IMG/VR virus record: IMGVR_UViG_3300045988_096501
Length of the DNA: 43,668 nucleotides
Origin: a virus
Strand: one strand, 5' to 3'
Part shown: positions 17,631-26,376 of the stretch, piece after piece
Layout: each line of letters begins with the position of its first letter
Numbering within the stretch: position 1 is the stretch's first letter
Program-made: the position numbers and the translations under genes
The notes under the pieces: model-generated
Database searches by the model: none
What the model was told of the DNA's origin: nothing
What the model saw: the letters and a program-made list of their open reading frames with translations, nothing else

Positions 17631-18662
17631 CTATTTCATCTTTAAGATTTCTTTTCTCAAAAAGGAAACATTTATGTGAGTATAATGGTCTGTAACATCC
17701 TTGTCCGCATGTCCTAGAATTCGTTTCACTGCTATTTCATCCATTCCGGCCATTCTCATTCTGGACGCTGCGGTATGTCGGCACCAATGCGGCGTAGCTT
17801 GTGGAGCACCCAATTCTTTTGCAATGGTTGAAAATAATTTTCGGTATGTGTCCGGACGAATTACATCTCCGTTATCATTGCAAACAATAGCTTTCCCGTC
17901 TTGAAACATACGGTTTTCAAGATATGGTTTAATCTTTGGGTGGACTGGCACAATCCGATCTTTCCCCGCAGTTGTCTTAATGCCACCCTGTAAATAGTCT
18001 CCGTCTGCATGATAAGAGTATTTTGTTAATTCCAAAAATTCGGAGATTCGGAAACCGGTATAGCATAAAATAAGTACTGTATCAGCCCACGGAACCCCAT
18101 CTTTTGCCATCCGCTCTAAAGCTATTAATTGCTGCTCGGAAAAAGCGTTTTTTTCTACCTTTGCCTCCATGCGAGGCAATTCAACATATTCGGAGTAGTC
18201 TTTCTTTATAAGATCACGTTTCATGGCATATTTACATAAAGCCCTCATTAAACTAAGGTCGTTATTGATAGAAGAGTTTGATAATTTCTTCCTCTCATCA
18301 TCATCAATAATTCCCTGCAAATCATCTAATGTAATTTTACGTATCTCTTTGTATCCTAGGACGCTGATACGCCCCCACGATGCTTTATAGCTTGCAATGG
18401 ATGCTTTTCCCGCTTTTTCATATTTTCTGGCGCTCCAGGAATCGTATACGTTTGCAAGAGTAATTCCGATATCCTGTGCTTTGCACCCAGAGCGCAAATA
18501 TTCCTCTAAAGCGGCTTGTGCCTCTTTGGCCGTTCTGTGATAGGATAAATATTTTTGTTTCCAGAGGCCTGGCCTTTCTTGATAGGATATACGTATAGCA
18601 TAACGATTTCTGCGATTCGGACCAAGATTTACAATACTTCCTGTTCCGTTGGCTCTTCTCAT
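17631..18662 (-). CDS. int: Tyrosine site-specific integrase
   Basis: C-terminal catalytic motifs (HWCRHTAAS...LGHADKDVTDHYTH), N-terminal arm-binding-type domain; 343 aa. Confidence 0.9.
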   Translation of the reverse strand: MRRANGTGSIVNLGPNRRNRYAIRISYQERPGLWKQKYLSYHRTAKEAQAALEEYLRSGCKAQDIGITLANVYDSWSARKYEKAGKASIASYKASWGRISVLGYKEIRKITLDDLQGIIDDDERKKLSNSSINNDLSLMRALCKYAMKRDLIKKDYSEYVELPRMEAKVEKNAFSEQQLIALERMAKDGVPWADTVLILCYTGFRISEFLELTKYSYHADGDYLQGGIKTTAGKDRIVPVHPKIKPYLENRMFQDGKAIVCNDNGDVIRPDTYRKLFSTIAKELGAPQATPHWCRHTAASRMRMAGMDEIAVKRILGHADKDVTDHYTHINVSFLRKEILKMK

Positions 18663-18768
18663 TGACTTTTCCCTCTATTCTGTTAAAATAAAGGGGTGAT
18701 AACGGCAACCAAACCTTATCACCCCTATGTGATCCGTCCCTGGTGTTGCATCCACTGGGGACGGTATT

Positions 18769-19116
18769 TTATTGCGCCTTTTTCAGTTCGGCGAGCTCCT
18801 GTGATAATGTACGGACAGCCAGCTTGAGAACGTCCATTTCGCTGCGCAGCTTTTCGAATTCGCTCTTCGGCGTGAGCGCATCCAAAATGTCCCTCTGGCC
18901 CTCAGCCAGAAGATTGAATTTTGTCTGTACCTCCGTATCCAGCAACAGTTTTATTCGTCTAGTGCTTTCATCTAGGATTTCCTGCTTCTGCTGGTCCAGC
19001 AAGTTCTTTGTATCAAACATAATATCCTGCTTCTGCTGGTCCAACTTCTGATCAATTCGGGTTTCCATTCCCTTCATCATTTCCGCGATTGCCTGTAAAT
19101 CTTTTTCTTCTAACAT
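18769..19116 (-). CDS. Coiled-coil hypothetical protein
   Basis: RBS GGAGGA before ATG at 19116; internal LDQQKQ(E/D)I repeat mirrored by a 20-bp DNA direct repeat. Confidence 0.5.
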   Translation of the reverse strand: MLEEKDLQAIAEMMKGMETRIDQKLDQQKQDIMFDTKNLLDQQKQEILDESTRRIKLLLDTEVQTKFNLLAEGQRDILDALTPKSEFEKLRSEMDVLKLAVRTLSQELAELKKAQ

Positions 19117-19291
19117 AAATAGTCCTCCGTCTATTTTCAATCTTCTACTAATATCAAGTAAAATGTCCGTTAGAAAGGACTTTTCAAAAAACTATCATGT
19201 AGAAAAACGACTTCATATTTTGATGGTTTTATCCATTGAAAATATAGAACAAAAGTTCTATATTGTAATCGTAAGACACATTTTTTTGATT

Positions 19292-19696
19292 TCAACCTCT
19301 AATAAGCCCAATAGATGGATTTAAGAGATCCATAATTATTGCATAGCCTAAAAGAATGCCGCACAAGACAAACAAAGCGATAATTACCTTATTTCTATGT
19401 AGAATTCCTTTTTGCAAAATGAAATATTTTTCTTGTGCATGCTTTAATCGAATTTCTAAGATGTCTTCATCGTCAACCAACCGTTTATCTGATTTGATTC
19501 CAAAATAGCTATCTAGGGATACCCCCAAGGCCGCACAAATCGGACCAACTGTATAGACGGACGGGGCCTTAGACGATTCTGAAAAGTAGTTGTTAACAGT
19601 AGACGCAGATAAATTTGCTCTATCTGCTATGTTTTGATTTGTTAAGTTTAAAGAGTCTTTTTTCTCCTTACATAAATCTTTAATTAATGCCTCCAT
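19292..19696 (-). CDS. Membrane-anchored XRE-family HTH regulator
   Basis: N-terminal HTH (LTNQNIADRANLSASTVNNYFS) and C-terminal TM helix (VIIALFVLCGILLGYAII). Confidence 0.65.
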   Translation of the reverse strand: MEALIKDLCKEKKDSLNLTNQNIADRANLSASTVNNYFSESSKAPSVYTVGPICAALGVSLDSYFGIKSDKRLVDDEDILEIRLKHAQEKYFILQKGILHRNKVIIALFVLCGILLGYAIIMDLLNPSIGLIRG

Positions 19697-19721
19697 TTTG
19701 GGCCTCCAATAAGCAGATTCT

Positions 19722-19920
19722 AAGGTTTGGTTTTAAAATTATAAGGTTTGGGTAGCTGCATTACAAACTTTGGCATTGAAATAACAAGGTTTGATTATAG
19801 ACGTAGCACCTTTCAATCTGCTAGGATAGACCTATAGCAGATCGGTCTGTAAAGTTGTGGGTCTGCTATAAGGCCCCGTCACCTGTCGCATAGGCGGCGG
19901 GGCCACTTTTTATTTATTTT
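19722..19920 (+). promoter_or_regulatory. Repeat-rich intergenic regulatory region / candidate small RNA with intrinsic terminator
   Basis: Three aaggtttg direct repeats at 19722, 19743 and 19786 (spacing 21 and 43 bp); inverted repeat tatagcaga/tctgctata 19833..19870; GC hairpin 19872..19904 followed by CTTTTTATTTATTTTT; possible promoter ttggca-18-attata at 19770..19799. Confidence 0.4.
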
Positions 19921-20555
19921 TCATATTCAAATATGATATCTTTTCCGCTCCAAAAATCTGGAGTAAATCTAATTTCCATTTTGTTCCAATCATCTGGAAC
20001 CTCATAGCCAACCACGCCAGTCATTTTTCGTCCGGCTGCTACACTACCATCCAGCTGAGACTTATTGCTGGTTGTCATGGCACCTATACTGATATTTGTG
20101 CTATAGTCGTCAAAATATGCCGAAAATGACATCAAAGAACTGACCGCTATTTCTGAATCTGATTGATTGTCAATGTCAAATTCTAGTACAACAAATACAT
20201 TCCCTGAATTTGGCTTTAAGAATTGATTCCCTCCATCTTCATTAACACTCAAAAGCGTTACATTTACTCCATTGAGAGATACAACGTCCCCAACATGAAA
20301 TACATCTTCTTGATTGCTACTGGTTTCTGTAGGGGTTGGTGCATTAGACACTGTCCCGATTTTTTGTGGATCATCAGAATTCCCTGCTATAGCCCCAAAT
20401 ACACCTATTAGTGCAAGAATCAAAATTAGAGCAACTACAATATGTACTTTTTTGCGCTGCTTTGCACCGCAAGAAGGACATACTTTTGCAGTTCTTGCAA
20501 TATCAGCTCCGCAGGTTTTACATTTTATCATCTTTGCCAATTTACATCTCTCCAC
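19914..20555 (-). CDS. Zinc-ribbon / TM / DUF4352-like lipoprotein-type membrane protein
   Basis: CKTCGADI...CPSCGAK zinc ribbon, TM helix (VVALILILALIGVFGAIAG), C-terminal beta domain; start ambiguous (GTG 20555 or ATG 20531). Confidence 0.6.
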   Translation of the reverse strand: MERCKLAKMIKCKTCGADIARTAKVCPSCGAKQRKKVHIVVALILILALIGVFGAIAGNSDDPQKIGTVSNAPTPTETSSNQEDVFHVGDVVSLNGVNVTLLSVNEDGGNQFLKPNSGNVFVVLEFDIDNQSDSEIAVSSLMSFSAYFDDYSTNISIGAMTTSNKSQLDGSVAAGRKMTGVVGYEVPDDWNKMEIRFTPDFWSGKDIIFEYEK

Positions 20556-20620
20556 TCTCTATAAATTCCGCGTCGACGGGTTAGATAACTAAATAGATTT
20601 TAAATAAAGGAGAACGCAAC

Positions 20621-20755
20621 ATGACGCCTAGGAAAGAAACTATTAATACGCTAAGAAAAGAAATCGAACTCGTTCTTACTCGGAATGAATACGAAAGCTA
20701 TCTAAAGGCTCTTCTCACGCGTGCCCTCATCCTTGAAAAACTATATAACAAGTAA
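20621..20755 (+). CDS. Small hypothetical protein (44 aa)
   Basis: RBS AAAGGAGAA 7 nt upstream; followed by hairpin and T-run 20759..20793. Confidence 0.3.
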   Translation: MTPRKETINTLRKEIELVLTRNEYESYLKALLTRALILEKLYNK

Positions 20756-20782
20756 TCAAAAAGGCTCCGGGAAACCGGGGTC

Positions 20783-21151
20783 TTATTTTTTTGTAAAGCC
20801 GTCTATCAGTTTTCTGATGGCGGCTTTTTCATCGTCTTCCATAAACCAATATGCCTTGATAATCCGTTTAATCAGTTCATCATCTGACATATGAATTTGC
20901 TCCATAACTTCTAGGAACTCCTCATCTTCATCCCGCTGAATATGAGGATCGCCTTCTCCGGTACGCAGCCAGAGCTCGGAGATGTTAAATTCACGGCAGA
21001 TGTCGGCAATGGTGCGATCACTTGGGTTCGTTTTGCTCAAGCATAAATTAGAAACAAACTGCTGAGAGACATTTATACGCTCTGCAAAAGCGGTCTTTGT
21101 TAGGCCACTATCCTTTACGCACCATGCGATTCGTTCGTTGATGGTCTCCAC
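20783..21151 (-). CDS. CI-like lysogeny repressor (XRE/Cro-C1 HTH)
   Basis: HTH LTKTAFAERINVSQQFVSNL; GTG start with RBS AGGAGGTG; divergent from the early operon. Confidence 0.7.
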   Translation of the reverse strand: METINERIAWCVKDSGLTKTAFAERINVSQQFVSNLCLSKTNPSDRTIADICREFNISELWLRTGEGDPHIQRDEDEEFLEVMEQIHMSDDELIKRIIKAYWFMEDDEKAAIRKLIDGFTKK

Positions 21152-21199
21152 TATGTGCACCTCCTGCCTGATACATATTAAAACACAAAACGGATAATA

Positions 21200-21278
21200 A
21201 GTCAAGAAAAATCACAAGTGAGTTGTGAAAAATACTTGACACCAAAATTTAATTGTGATAATATACAAGTGAGATGTA
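21200..21278. promoter_or_regulatory. Lysis-lysogeny switch: divergent promoters with palindromic operators
   Basis: Rightward TTGACA (21236..21241)-17-TAATAT (21259..21264) with extended TG; leftward TTGACT (21200..21205, minus); palindrome tcacaagtgagttgtga 21212..21228 and half-site repeat acaagtgag at 21266..21274. Confidence 0.6.
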
Positions 21279-21293
21279 AATGGAGGTGAGACG

Positions 21294-21497
21294 ATGCCTG
21301 TATATGACACCAGCAAACTCGCAGATGCACGGACTGTTGCCGAAAATCTAGCAGGGCTCCCTAAAGAAGCGTTACTTTATATCGCGGGTTACGCTGAGGG
21401 ATGCCGGGATAGGCCCGCACGGAAACGCAAGAAAAAAGAGAACACCAACGGAGAAAAGAGACCTGCCCCTGACGGGACGGGAGTGAAGGAAGGGTGA
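21294..21497 (+). CDS. Hypothetical early protein (Cro position, no obvious HTH)
   Basis: RBS GGAGGTGA; first gene of the rightward operon; basic C-terminus. Confidence 0.45.
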   Translation: MPVYDTSKLADARTVAENLAGLPKEALLYIAGYAEGCRDRPARKRKKKENTNGEKRPAPDGTGVKEG

Positions 21498-21580
21498 GCG
21501 GAGTGGAAATTCTCCCGATTGTTTCGATTGCTCTAGCGTCTTTTTCGGCTGGGTTCAGTCTTTGCAATTTTATTTATTTG

Positions 21581-21784
21581 CTATCCCAATTTAAGCGCAG
21601 TTACGGCGATTACAAGGCTGGCAATCGCAACGAGCAGAGCAAGAATAGCAACGGTTAAATTCATTACATCAAAACGGTGATCTCTGAAGTACGCGGCCCG
21701 CCGCTCTTTCCTTCTCTTTGCGTTTTGTGGAGAGCGTGGGTCATATTTCTCGGTGTACTTCTTAATTTTGGGATTGTCGGCCAT
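21581..21784 (-). CDS. Possible small membrane protein (67 aa)
   Basis: Basic N-terminus and single TM; a 54-codon hydrophobic ORF also exists on the + strand (21495..21659), so strand is uncertain. Confidence 0.25.
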   Translation of the reverse strand: MADNPKIKKYTEKYDPRSPQNAKRRKERRAAYFRDHRFDVMNLTVAILALLVAIASLVIAVTALKLG

Positions 21785-21963
21785 ATTTTATTCCCCCTTT
21801 TCTCATCAGTATACCACGGCAGGAAAGGGGTCACAACAAAAAGCGCCCCGGCCAGTGTTGCACCACCGACCAGGGCATGACACCACGTAAGCACGCTACG
21901 AGGTATCGGAGACAGTATATCATATCCTCCGGCCTCTGGCAAGAATAGGAGGATTTTTTATCC

Positions 21964-22152
21964 ATGGATGAGAACAACAAAATCAAAGACCTAGAAGCTC
22001 AGGCAAGAAACACAAAACATCTGATAGACATGCTCAATGAAGCATATTACGGCATGACTTGGGACGAACACGAACGTCTGCATGGCCGGAAGGGAGGAGA
22101 TATAGATGAGACCAAGAACACAGATTCGTCCGCCAGTTCCAACCGACAATGA
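21964..22152 (+). CDS. Hypothetical small acidic protein
   Basis: RBS AGGAGGA; 62 aa. Confidence 0.4.
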   Translation: MDENNKIKDLEAQARNTKHLIDMLNEAYYGMTWDEHERLHGRKGGDIDETKNTDSSASSNRQ

Positions 22153-22435
22153 AATCCTTTCCTACGATAATGTGCCTGTTAACGTGGCGGCGCTTTACCT
22201 AGACTGGCCGGAACAAACTGTGCGACTTGCATTGAGGGAAGGTCGCGCGACCTTTGGGATTGCAGTCAAAGACAAGGCTCTTACTTACAAAATCAGCCCT
22301 GGTGGCCTGGTGAAGTATAAGCGTGATGGTATCCCTTGCTTTGACTACGCAACCATTCAGCACATGATTCAGACCGCAATTACAAAAACAATTCAAGAAG
22401 AAATGTGGGATTTTAAGGGAGGGTTACAGGAGTGA
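22106..22435 (+). CDS. Putative DNA-binding protein (Xis/MerR-like HTH)
   Basis: RBS GGAGGAG; segment NVAALYLDWPEQTVRLALREGRATFGIAV resembles excisionase-type HTH; inference. Confidence 0.4.
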   Translation: MRPRTQIRPPVPTDNEILSYDNVPVNVAALYLDWPEQTVRLALREGRATFGIAVKDKALTYKISPGGLVKYKRDGIPCFDYATIQHMIQTAITKTIQEEMWDFKGGLQE

Positions 22436-22541
22436 GAAACCATACCAGAGAAGAGCGCCGCCAGCGGCGGAGCAGCGCACGGTGCGCGGCGGTTCTTGCG
22501 GCCGGGATAATTTTGGCCCTTAGCCTGCCGAACTGGCTTAC

Positions 22542-23105
22542 GTGGTGGGGGCTGTGAAGGGAATTTTGCGAAGCGCGGTAGTCGGCTGGGCAATCATCTG
22601 TGTGCTGACGCTGTGGCCTGCGTTTCTTCCGGAGCCAGTTCGATGGGCTGCGGCAAAGGCGGACAAGCCTCTGGCGGAAGCTGGAGTCAGAGGGGAAGTG
22701 CCCTGGGAGGCGCAGCTGATCGAGGCGGCGCTGGTAGAACAGGGGTATTTCCGGGACGACGTGCCATTAAGTTTTGAGCTGCAGGATGTGTTACATACGG
22801 CGTGTGAGGCCAACAACGTGCCCTATCATGTGGCCCTTGGCCTGATTGAGGTGGAGAGCGGATTTAACCTGGCGGCGGTGAGCCGGGCGGGATGCTATGG
22901 ACTCTGCCAGATCAATCCGCAATACTTCCCCAGCGGTCTCACACCGGCAGAAAACATCGAGGCGGGCATGGAGTATCTTGGGAGCCTGATTGACCGCTAC
23001 AGGGACCTGGGAGCGGCCCTGACGGCATACAACGCAGGGGTCGACACAGGAGACAGGACATACGCAAGCGCCGTCCTGGAGGCGGCGGAGGAATGGGGGC
23101 ATTAA
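22542..23105 (+). CDS. Membrane-anchored lytic transglycosylase (SLT domain)
   Basis: N-terminal TM; SLT motifs [20 protein letters not shown]. Confidence 0.8.
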   Translation: MVGAVKGILRSAVVGWAIICVLTLWPAFLPEPVRWAAAKADKPLAEAGVRGEVPWEAQLIEAALVEQGYFRDDVPLSFELQDVLHTACEANNVPYHVALGLIEVESGFNLAAVSRAGCYGLCQINPQYFPSGLTPAENIEAGMEYLGSLIDRYRDLGAALTAYNAGVDTGDRTYASAVLEAAEEWGH

Positions 23106-23106
23106 C

Positions 23107-23742
23107 TTGAACCCGATTACACAAAAAGAACTGCAAGAGATTCTGCATTTACATAACATGTGGCTATGCGGTAATGACGGCGGTGTTCGTGCCAACCTGC
23201 GCGATGCCGACCTGCGCGATGCCGACCTGCGCGTGGCCAACCTGCGCGTGGCCGACCTGCGCGGGGCCGACCTGAGCGGGGCCAACCTGAGCGGGGCCAA
23301 CCTGCGCGGGGCCAACCTGCGCGATGCCGACCTGAGCGGGGCCAACCTGAGCGGGGCCAACCTGCGCGGGGCAAAAAATATAAAATCGGTGAAATACGAT
23401 GAAAATACTTCGTTTTTTGCGCTTCAATGCCCAGAAAAGGGTGAGTATGTTGCATACAAAAAAGCACATGGCCTGATTATAGAACTGAAAATCACAGCGG
23501 ATGCGCTTCGGTCGTCGGCCACCAGCCGTAAATGCCGGGCCAGCAAGGCGACTGTAATCAGTATTACAGACGCGGCTGGGAATCCAGCAGGAACAAAGGT
23601 TCCAAGCGACTATGACTCAAACTTTGTTTATGAAACAGGAAAAACGGTGGAGGTTTCTAACTTTAACACGGATCGCTGGTCGGAGTGCTCTGCTGGCATC
23701 CATCATTTTATCACCCGTCAGGAAGCGGTCAATTACGCATAA
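23107..23742 (+). CDS. Pentapeptide-repeat protein with C-terminal uncharacterised domain
   Basis: About 13 consecutive A(D/N)L(R/S)(D/G/V) pentapeptides encoded by a 15-bp tandem DNA repeat (23188..23372); TTG start. Confidence 0.85.
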   Translation: MNPITQKELQEILHLHNMWLCGNDGGVRANLRDADLRDADLRVANLRVADLRGADLSGANLSGANLRGANLRDADLSGANLSGANLRGAKNIKSVKYDENTSFFALQCPEKGEYVAYKKAHGLIIELKITADALRSSATSRKCRASKATVISITDAAGNPAGTKVPSDYDSNFVYETGKTVEVSNFNTDRWSECSAGIHHFITRQEAVNYA

Positions 23743-23832
23743 AAATCGCCGCCAAACAGGTGAGAGAGACCTGGAAGGCGGCAGAGGCAAATAACTACAA
23801 GGCCATTATAAGGCCTGGAAGGAGAGAAGTCA

Positions 23833-24009
23833 ATGGCGGTTATATACGGAAATCCTCTGCGGGACCCGATGGAGCGGGAGGGGCATTATGATCCGTACAC
23901 GGCAGGAGAAGTGCTGAGCGCGATGGACCGCGAGCTTTCGAAATATGTATCGGACGATGTGCGCAACGCCGTTTGGAATGTGATGGTAAAGCAGTTTCCG
24001 ACGAACTGA
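23833..24009 (+). CDS. Hypothetical small protein (58 aa)
   Basis: RBS GGAAGGAGAG then ATG. Confidence 0.4.
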   Translation: MAVIYGNPLRDPMEREGHYDPYTAGEVLSAMDRELSKYVSDDVRNAVWNVMVKQFPTN

Positions 24010-24019
24010 GGAGAAGAAC

Positions 24020-24619
24020 ATGGACAACTATTTTTCCGTATTGAACAACATTAACGTAAACGACAAGACCGAAAAAAAGAACGGTCTGACCTATCTCTCT
24101 TGGGCATGGGCCTGGGGAGAGGTGAAGAAGCGGTTCCCTGACTCCACCTACACCATCTATGAGAATGGGCAGGGCTGGAATTACCACACGGATGGACGCA
24201 CCTGCTGGGTGAAGACCGGCGTGACTGTGAACGGCGTGGAGCACATTGAGGAGCTGCCGGTGATGGACTTCAAGAACAGGTCGATTCCGTTGGAGAGCGT
24301 GACCAGCTTTGACGTGAACAAGGCCATTCAGCGCAGCCTGACCAAGGCGGTGGCCCGGCATGGGCTGGGGCTTTACATCTACGCGGGGGAGGACCTGCCG
24401 GAGGAGGAGAAGCCAGGCGATGGGACACAGAAGGAAAAGCCGGGCTTCCGGGACCCGGCGAAGGGCGACGAGCCCGTATACTGCGAAGCGTGCAAGGCAC
24501 GCTTCGCCGACTACTGGGACGGGGAGGTCCTGATCAAGGCCGCGGCGCTGGCGGAACGGTCGAGGGCGAAGTTCGGGAGGGCGCTATGCGCCAAGTGCTG
24601 TAAGGCGGCGGGGCGATGA
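24020..24619 (+). CDS. Rad52-like single-strand annealing protein (Sak/DUF1071-like) with C-terminal zinc ribbon
   Basis: Motifs LTYLSWAWAW...VNKAIQRSLTKAVARHGLGLYIYAGEDLP resemble phage Rad52-type annealing proteins; CEACK...CAKCCK at the C-terminus. Confidence 0.5.
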   Translation: MDNYFSVLNNINVNDKTEKKNGLTYLSWAWAWGEVKKRFPDSTYTIYENGQGWNYHTDGRTCWVKTGVTVNGVEHIEELPVMDFKNRSIPLESVTSFDVNKAIQRSLTKAVARHGLGLYIYAGEDLPEEEKPGDGTQKEKPGFRDPAKGDEPVYCEACKARFADYWDGEVLIKAAALAERSRAKFGRALCAKCCKAAGR

Positions 24620-25134
24620 AGCTGACCTTTTCAGAGGCAAAATTCGATGGTGGTTGGCTATGCCTGAAGGTGAACGAACCAGCCCACGCCCGGGCCTTTA
24701 TCTTGAAGCTGGGGCGGAAGCTGTATGACTGCATCATTAAGGAGCACCGGGAGAGGCGGAGCCTGGACGCCAACGCCTATTACTGGAAGCTGTGCGGCGA
24801 GCTGGCCAAGGCGGTGCACGAGAAACCGGAGGAGATATACCGCAGGCACATCCGGGACTTTGGAAACTATGACGTTTTGTGCATGCAGGACAGGGCCTTG
24901 GGGTCCTTCCAAAAGCACTGGACCAGCGGGCACCTGGGGCGGTTTGTGGAGACGCGGGAGGCAAAGCTTCCGGGCTGCACCACGGTGCTGGCCTACTACG
25001 GGTCGAGCGATTTTGACCGGCGGGAGATGTCGGCGCTGATTGACAGCTGCATTCAGGACTGCAGGGCGCTGGGGCTTGAGACGCTGCCGCCGGACAAGCT
25101 GGCCCTGCTGAAGGAGGCGTGGGGGAATGCGTGA
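24616..25134 (+). CDS. ninB: NinB/Orf-family recombination mediator
   Basis: MKLTF...ERRSLDANAYYWKLCGELAK aligns with lambda NinB (MKKLTFEIR...RNRSLDQNRKLWACLGDVS). Confidence 0.6.
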   Translation: MKLTFSEAKFDGGWLCLKVNEPAHARAFILKLGRKLYDCIIKEHRERRSLDANAYYWKLCGELAKAVHEKPEEIYRRHIRDFGNYDVLCMQDRALGSFQKHWTSGHLGRFVETREAKLPGCTTVLAYYGSSDFDRREMSALIDSCIQDCRALGLETLPPDKLALLKEAWGNA

Positions 25135-25399
25135 ATGCTGGTTATGCGTGGCGAATGGTGCCACTGATCCGCTTGATCGGCACCACATATTTGGCGGCCC
25201 GTACCGGAAAAAGTCAGAGAAATATGGCCTTGTTGTTTATTTGTGTCACAGCAGATGCCATATTTTTGGCAAAAACTCGGCCCACAAAAGCAGAGATACC
25301 GCAAGGGAACTGCACAAATACGGGCAACTGGAGGCAATGAAAAAGAATGGGTGGTCTGTCGAACAATTCATCCAAGAATTTGGAAAATCGTATCTCTGA
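25127..25399 (+). CDS. Small zinc-binding hypothetical protein
   Basis: CWLC...HHIFGG...LCHSRCH; RBS GGAGGCGTGGGGGA. Confidence 0.4.
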   Translation: MRECWLCVANGATDPLDRHHIFGGPYRKKSEKYGLVVYLCHSRCHIFGKNSAHKSRDTARELHKYGQLEAMKKNGWSVEQFIQEFGKSYL

Positions 25400-25940
25400 C
25401 CTGCCTGGAGAGATGTGGAAAGATATCCCAGGGTTTGAGGGAGCTTATCAGGTCAGCAACATGGGCAGGGTAAAGAGCTTGACAAGAAAGGTTTGGAATT
25501 ACACAAAGCCAGGGAGAATCCTCCGACCGGGTGCTAAAGAAAACGGATACCTTCATGTTGGGCTTTCGTACGGAGGCAAGCGAGAAAAGCACGCTCATGT
25601 GCATCGTCTTGTGGCGCAAGTCTTCATTCCTAACCCAAACAATCTTCCCGAAGTAAACCACAAGAACCTTAACAAAGCAGATAACAGAGTTGAGAACTTA
25701 GAATGGTGCACATCTAAGTATAATAAAGCCCATTTCAGGAACAGCCCGTATGCAAAAAACGCAGATAAGAAGAAGGGCAGAACCCTCGTAAACAAGTCTA
25801 TTCAATACATATTGGATCACAAGGAAGCGGTTTGCAGCACTTACGACTCCGGGTACACCATAAAAGAAGTTTCTGAAATGGTAGGAATCGGAAAGGACAT
25901 GGTCAGAGATATCCTCGTTATCTACGGAAAGTTAAAGTAG
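25347..25940 (+). CDS. HNH homing endonuclease (NUMOD4 + HNH_3 + C-terminal HTH)
   Basis: EMWKDIPGFEGAYQVSNMGRVKS and VNHKNLNKADNRVENLEWCTSKYN motifs; start ambiguous (ATG 25347 or ATG ~25408). Confidence 0.75.
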   Translation: MGGLSNNSSKNLENRISDLPGEMWKDIPGFEGAYQVSNMGRVKSLTRKVWNYTKPGRILRPGAKENGYLHVGLSYGGKREKHAHVHRLVAQVFIPNPNNLPEVNHKNLNKADNRVENLEWCTSKYNKAHFRNSPYAKNADKKKGRTLVNKSIQYILDHKEAVCSTYDSGYTIKEVSEMVGIGKDMVRDILVIYGKLK

Positions 25941-25950
25941 GAGTGAAAAA

Positions 25951-26364
25951 ATGTTGAATCAAATAGTTCTCATGGGTCGCATGGTCAGGGACCCGGAGCT
26001 GCGGCACACACAGAACGGGACGGCGGTGGCGTCCTTTACGCTGGCGGTAGACCGGGATTTTAAGGACAAGCAGACCGGGGAGAAGGAGACTGACTTTATT
26101 GACTGCGTGGCCTGGCGGCATACGGCGGAGTTTGTATCCCGCTACTTTGCCAGGGGCCGTATGGCTGTGGTGGAGGGCCGGCTGCAAATCCGGAACTGGA
26201 CGGACAAGGAGGGCAACAAACGCCGCTGCGCCGAGGTATTGGCCGACAGCGTGTATTTTGGGGATTCCAGGCAATCGGAGGGTGGAAACGCGCCGGAAGA
26301 TAGCTTCCCACCGAAACAGAATCAGGAGTTTGTGGAGCAGGACGACGGGGAGCTCCCGTTTTAA
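25951..26364 (+). CDS. ssb: Single-stranded DNA-binding protein
   Basis: OB-fold similar to B. subtilis SSB (MLNQIVLMGRMVRDPELRHTQNGTAVASFTLAV...) and acidic tail DDGELPF. Confidence 0.9.
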   Translation: MLNQIVLMGRMVRDPELRHTQNGTAVASFTLAVDRDFKDKQTGEKETDFIDCVAWRHTAEFVSRYFARGRMAVVEGRLQIRNWTDKEGNKRRCAEVLADSVYFGDSRQSEGGNAPEDSFPPKQNQEFVEQDDGELPF

Positions 26365-26376
26365 GGGGGGCTGGAC

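Noticed and set aside
18976-19046. 20-bp direct repeat atcctgcttctgctggtcca x2
   Set aside because: Reflects the duplicated LDQQKQ(E/D)I peptide within coiled-coil ORF 18769..19116; not a regulatory repeat
23188-23372. Perfect-looking 15-bp tandem DNA repeat array (about 12 units, GC-rich) that could be mistaken for a CRISPR array or satellite
   Set aside because: Units are contiguous with no spacers and lie in frame inside ORF 23107..23742, encoding the pentapeptide repeats
22791-23467. Several long minus-strand ORFs (189, 116, 101 aa) with repetitive Arg/Pro or Ala/Gln/Val/Gly translations
   Set aside because: Generated by reading the 15-bp tandem repeat in other frames or strands; not independent genes
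24658-25188. 176-codon minus-strand ORF opposite NinB
   Set aside because: Antisense to a recognisable gene, no RBS, GC-driven
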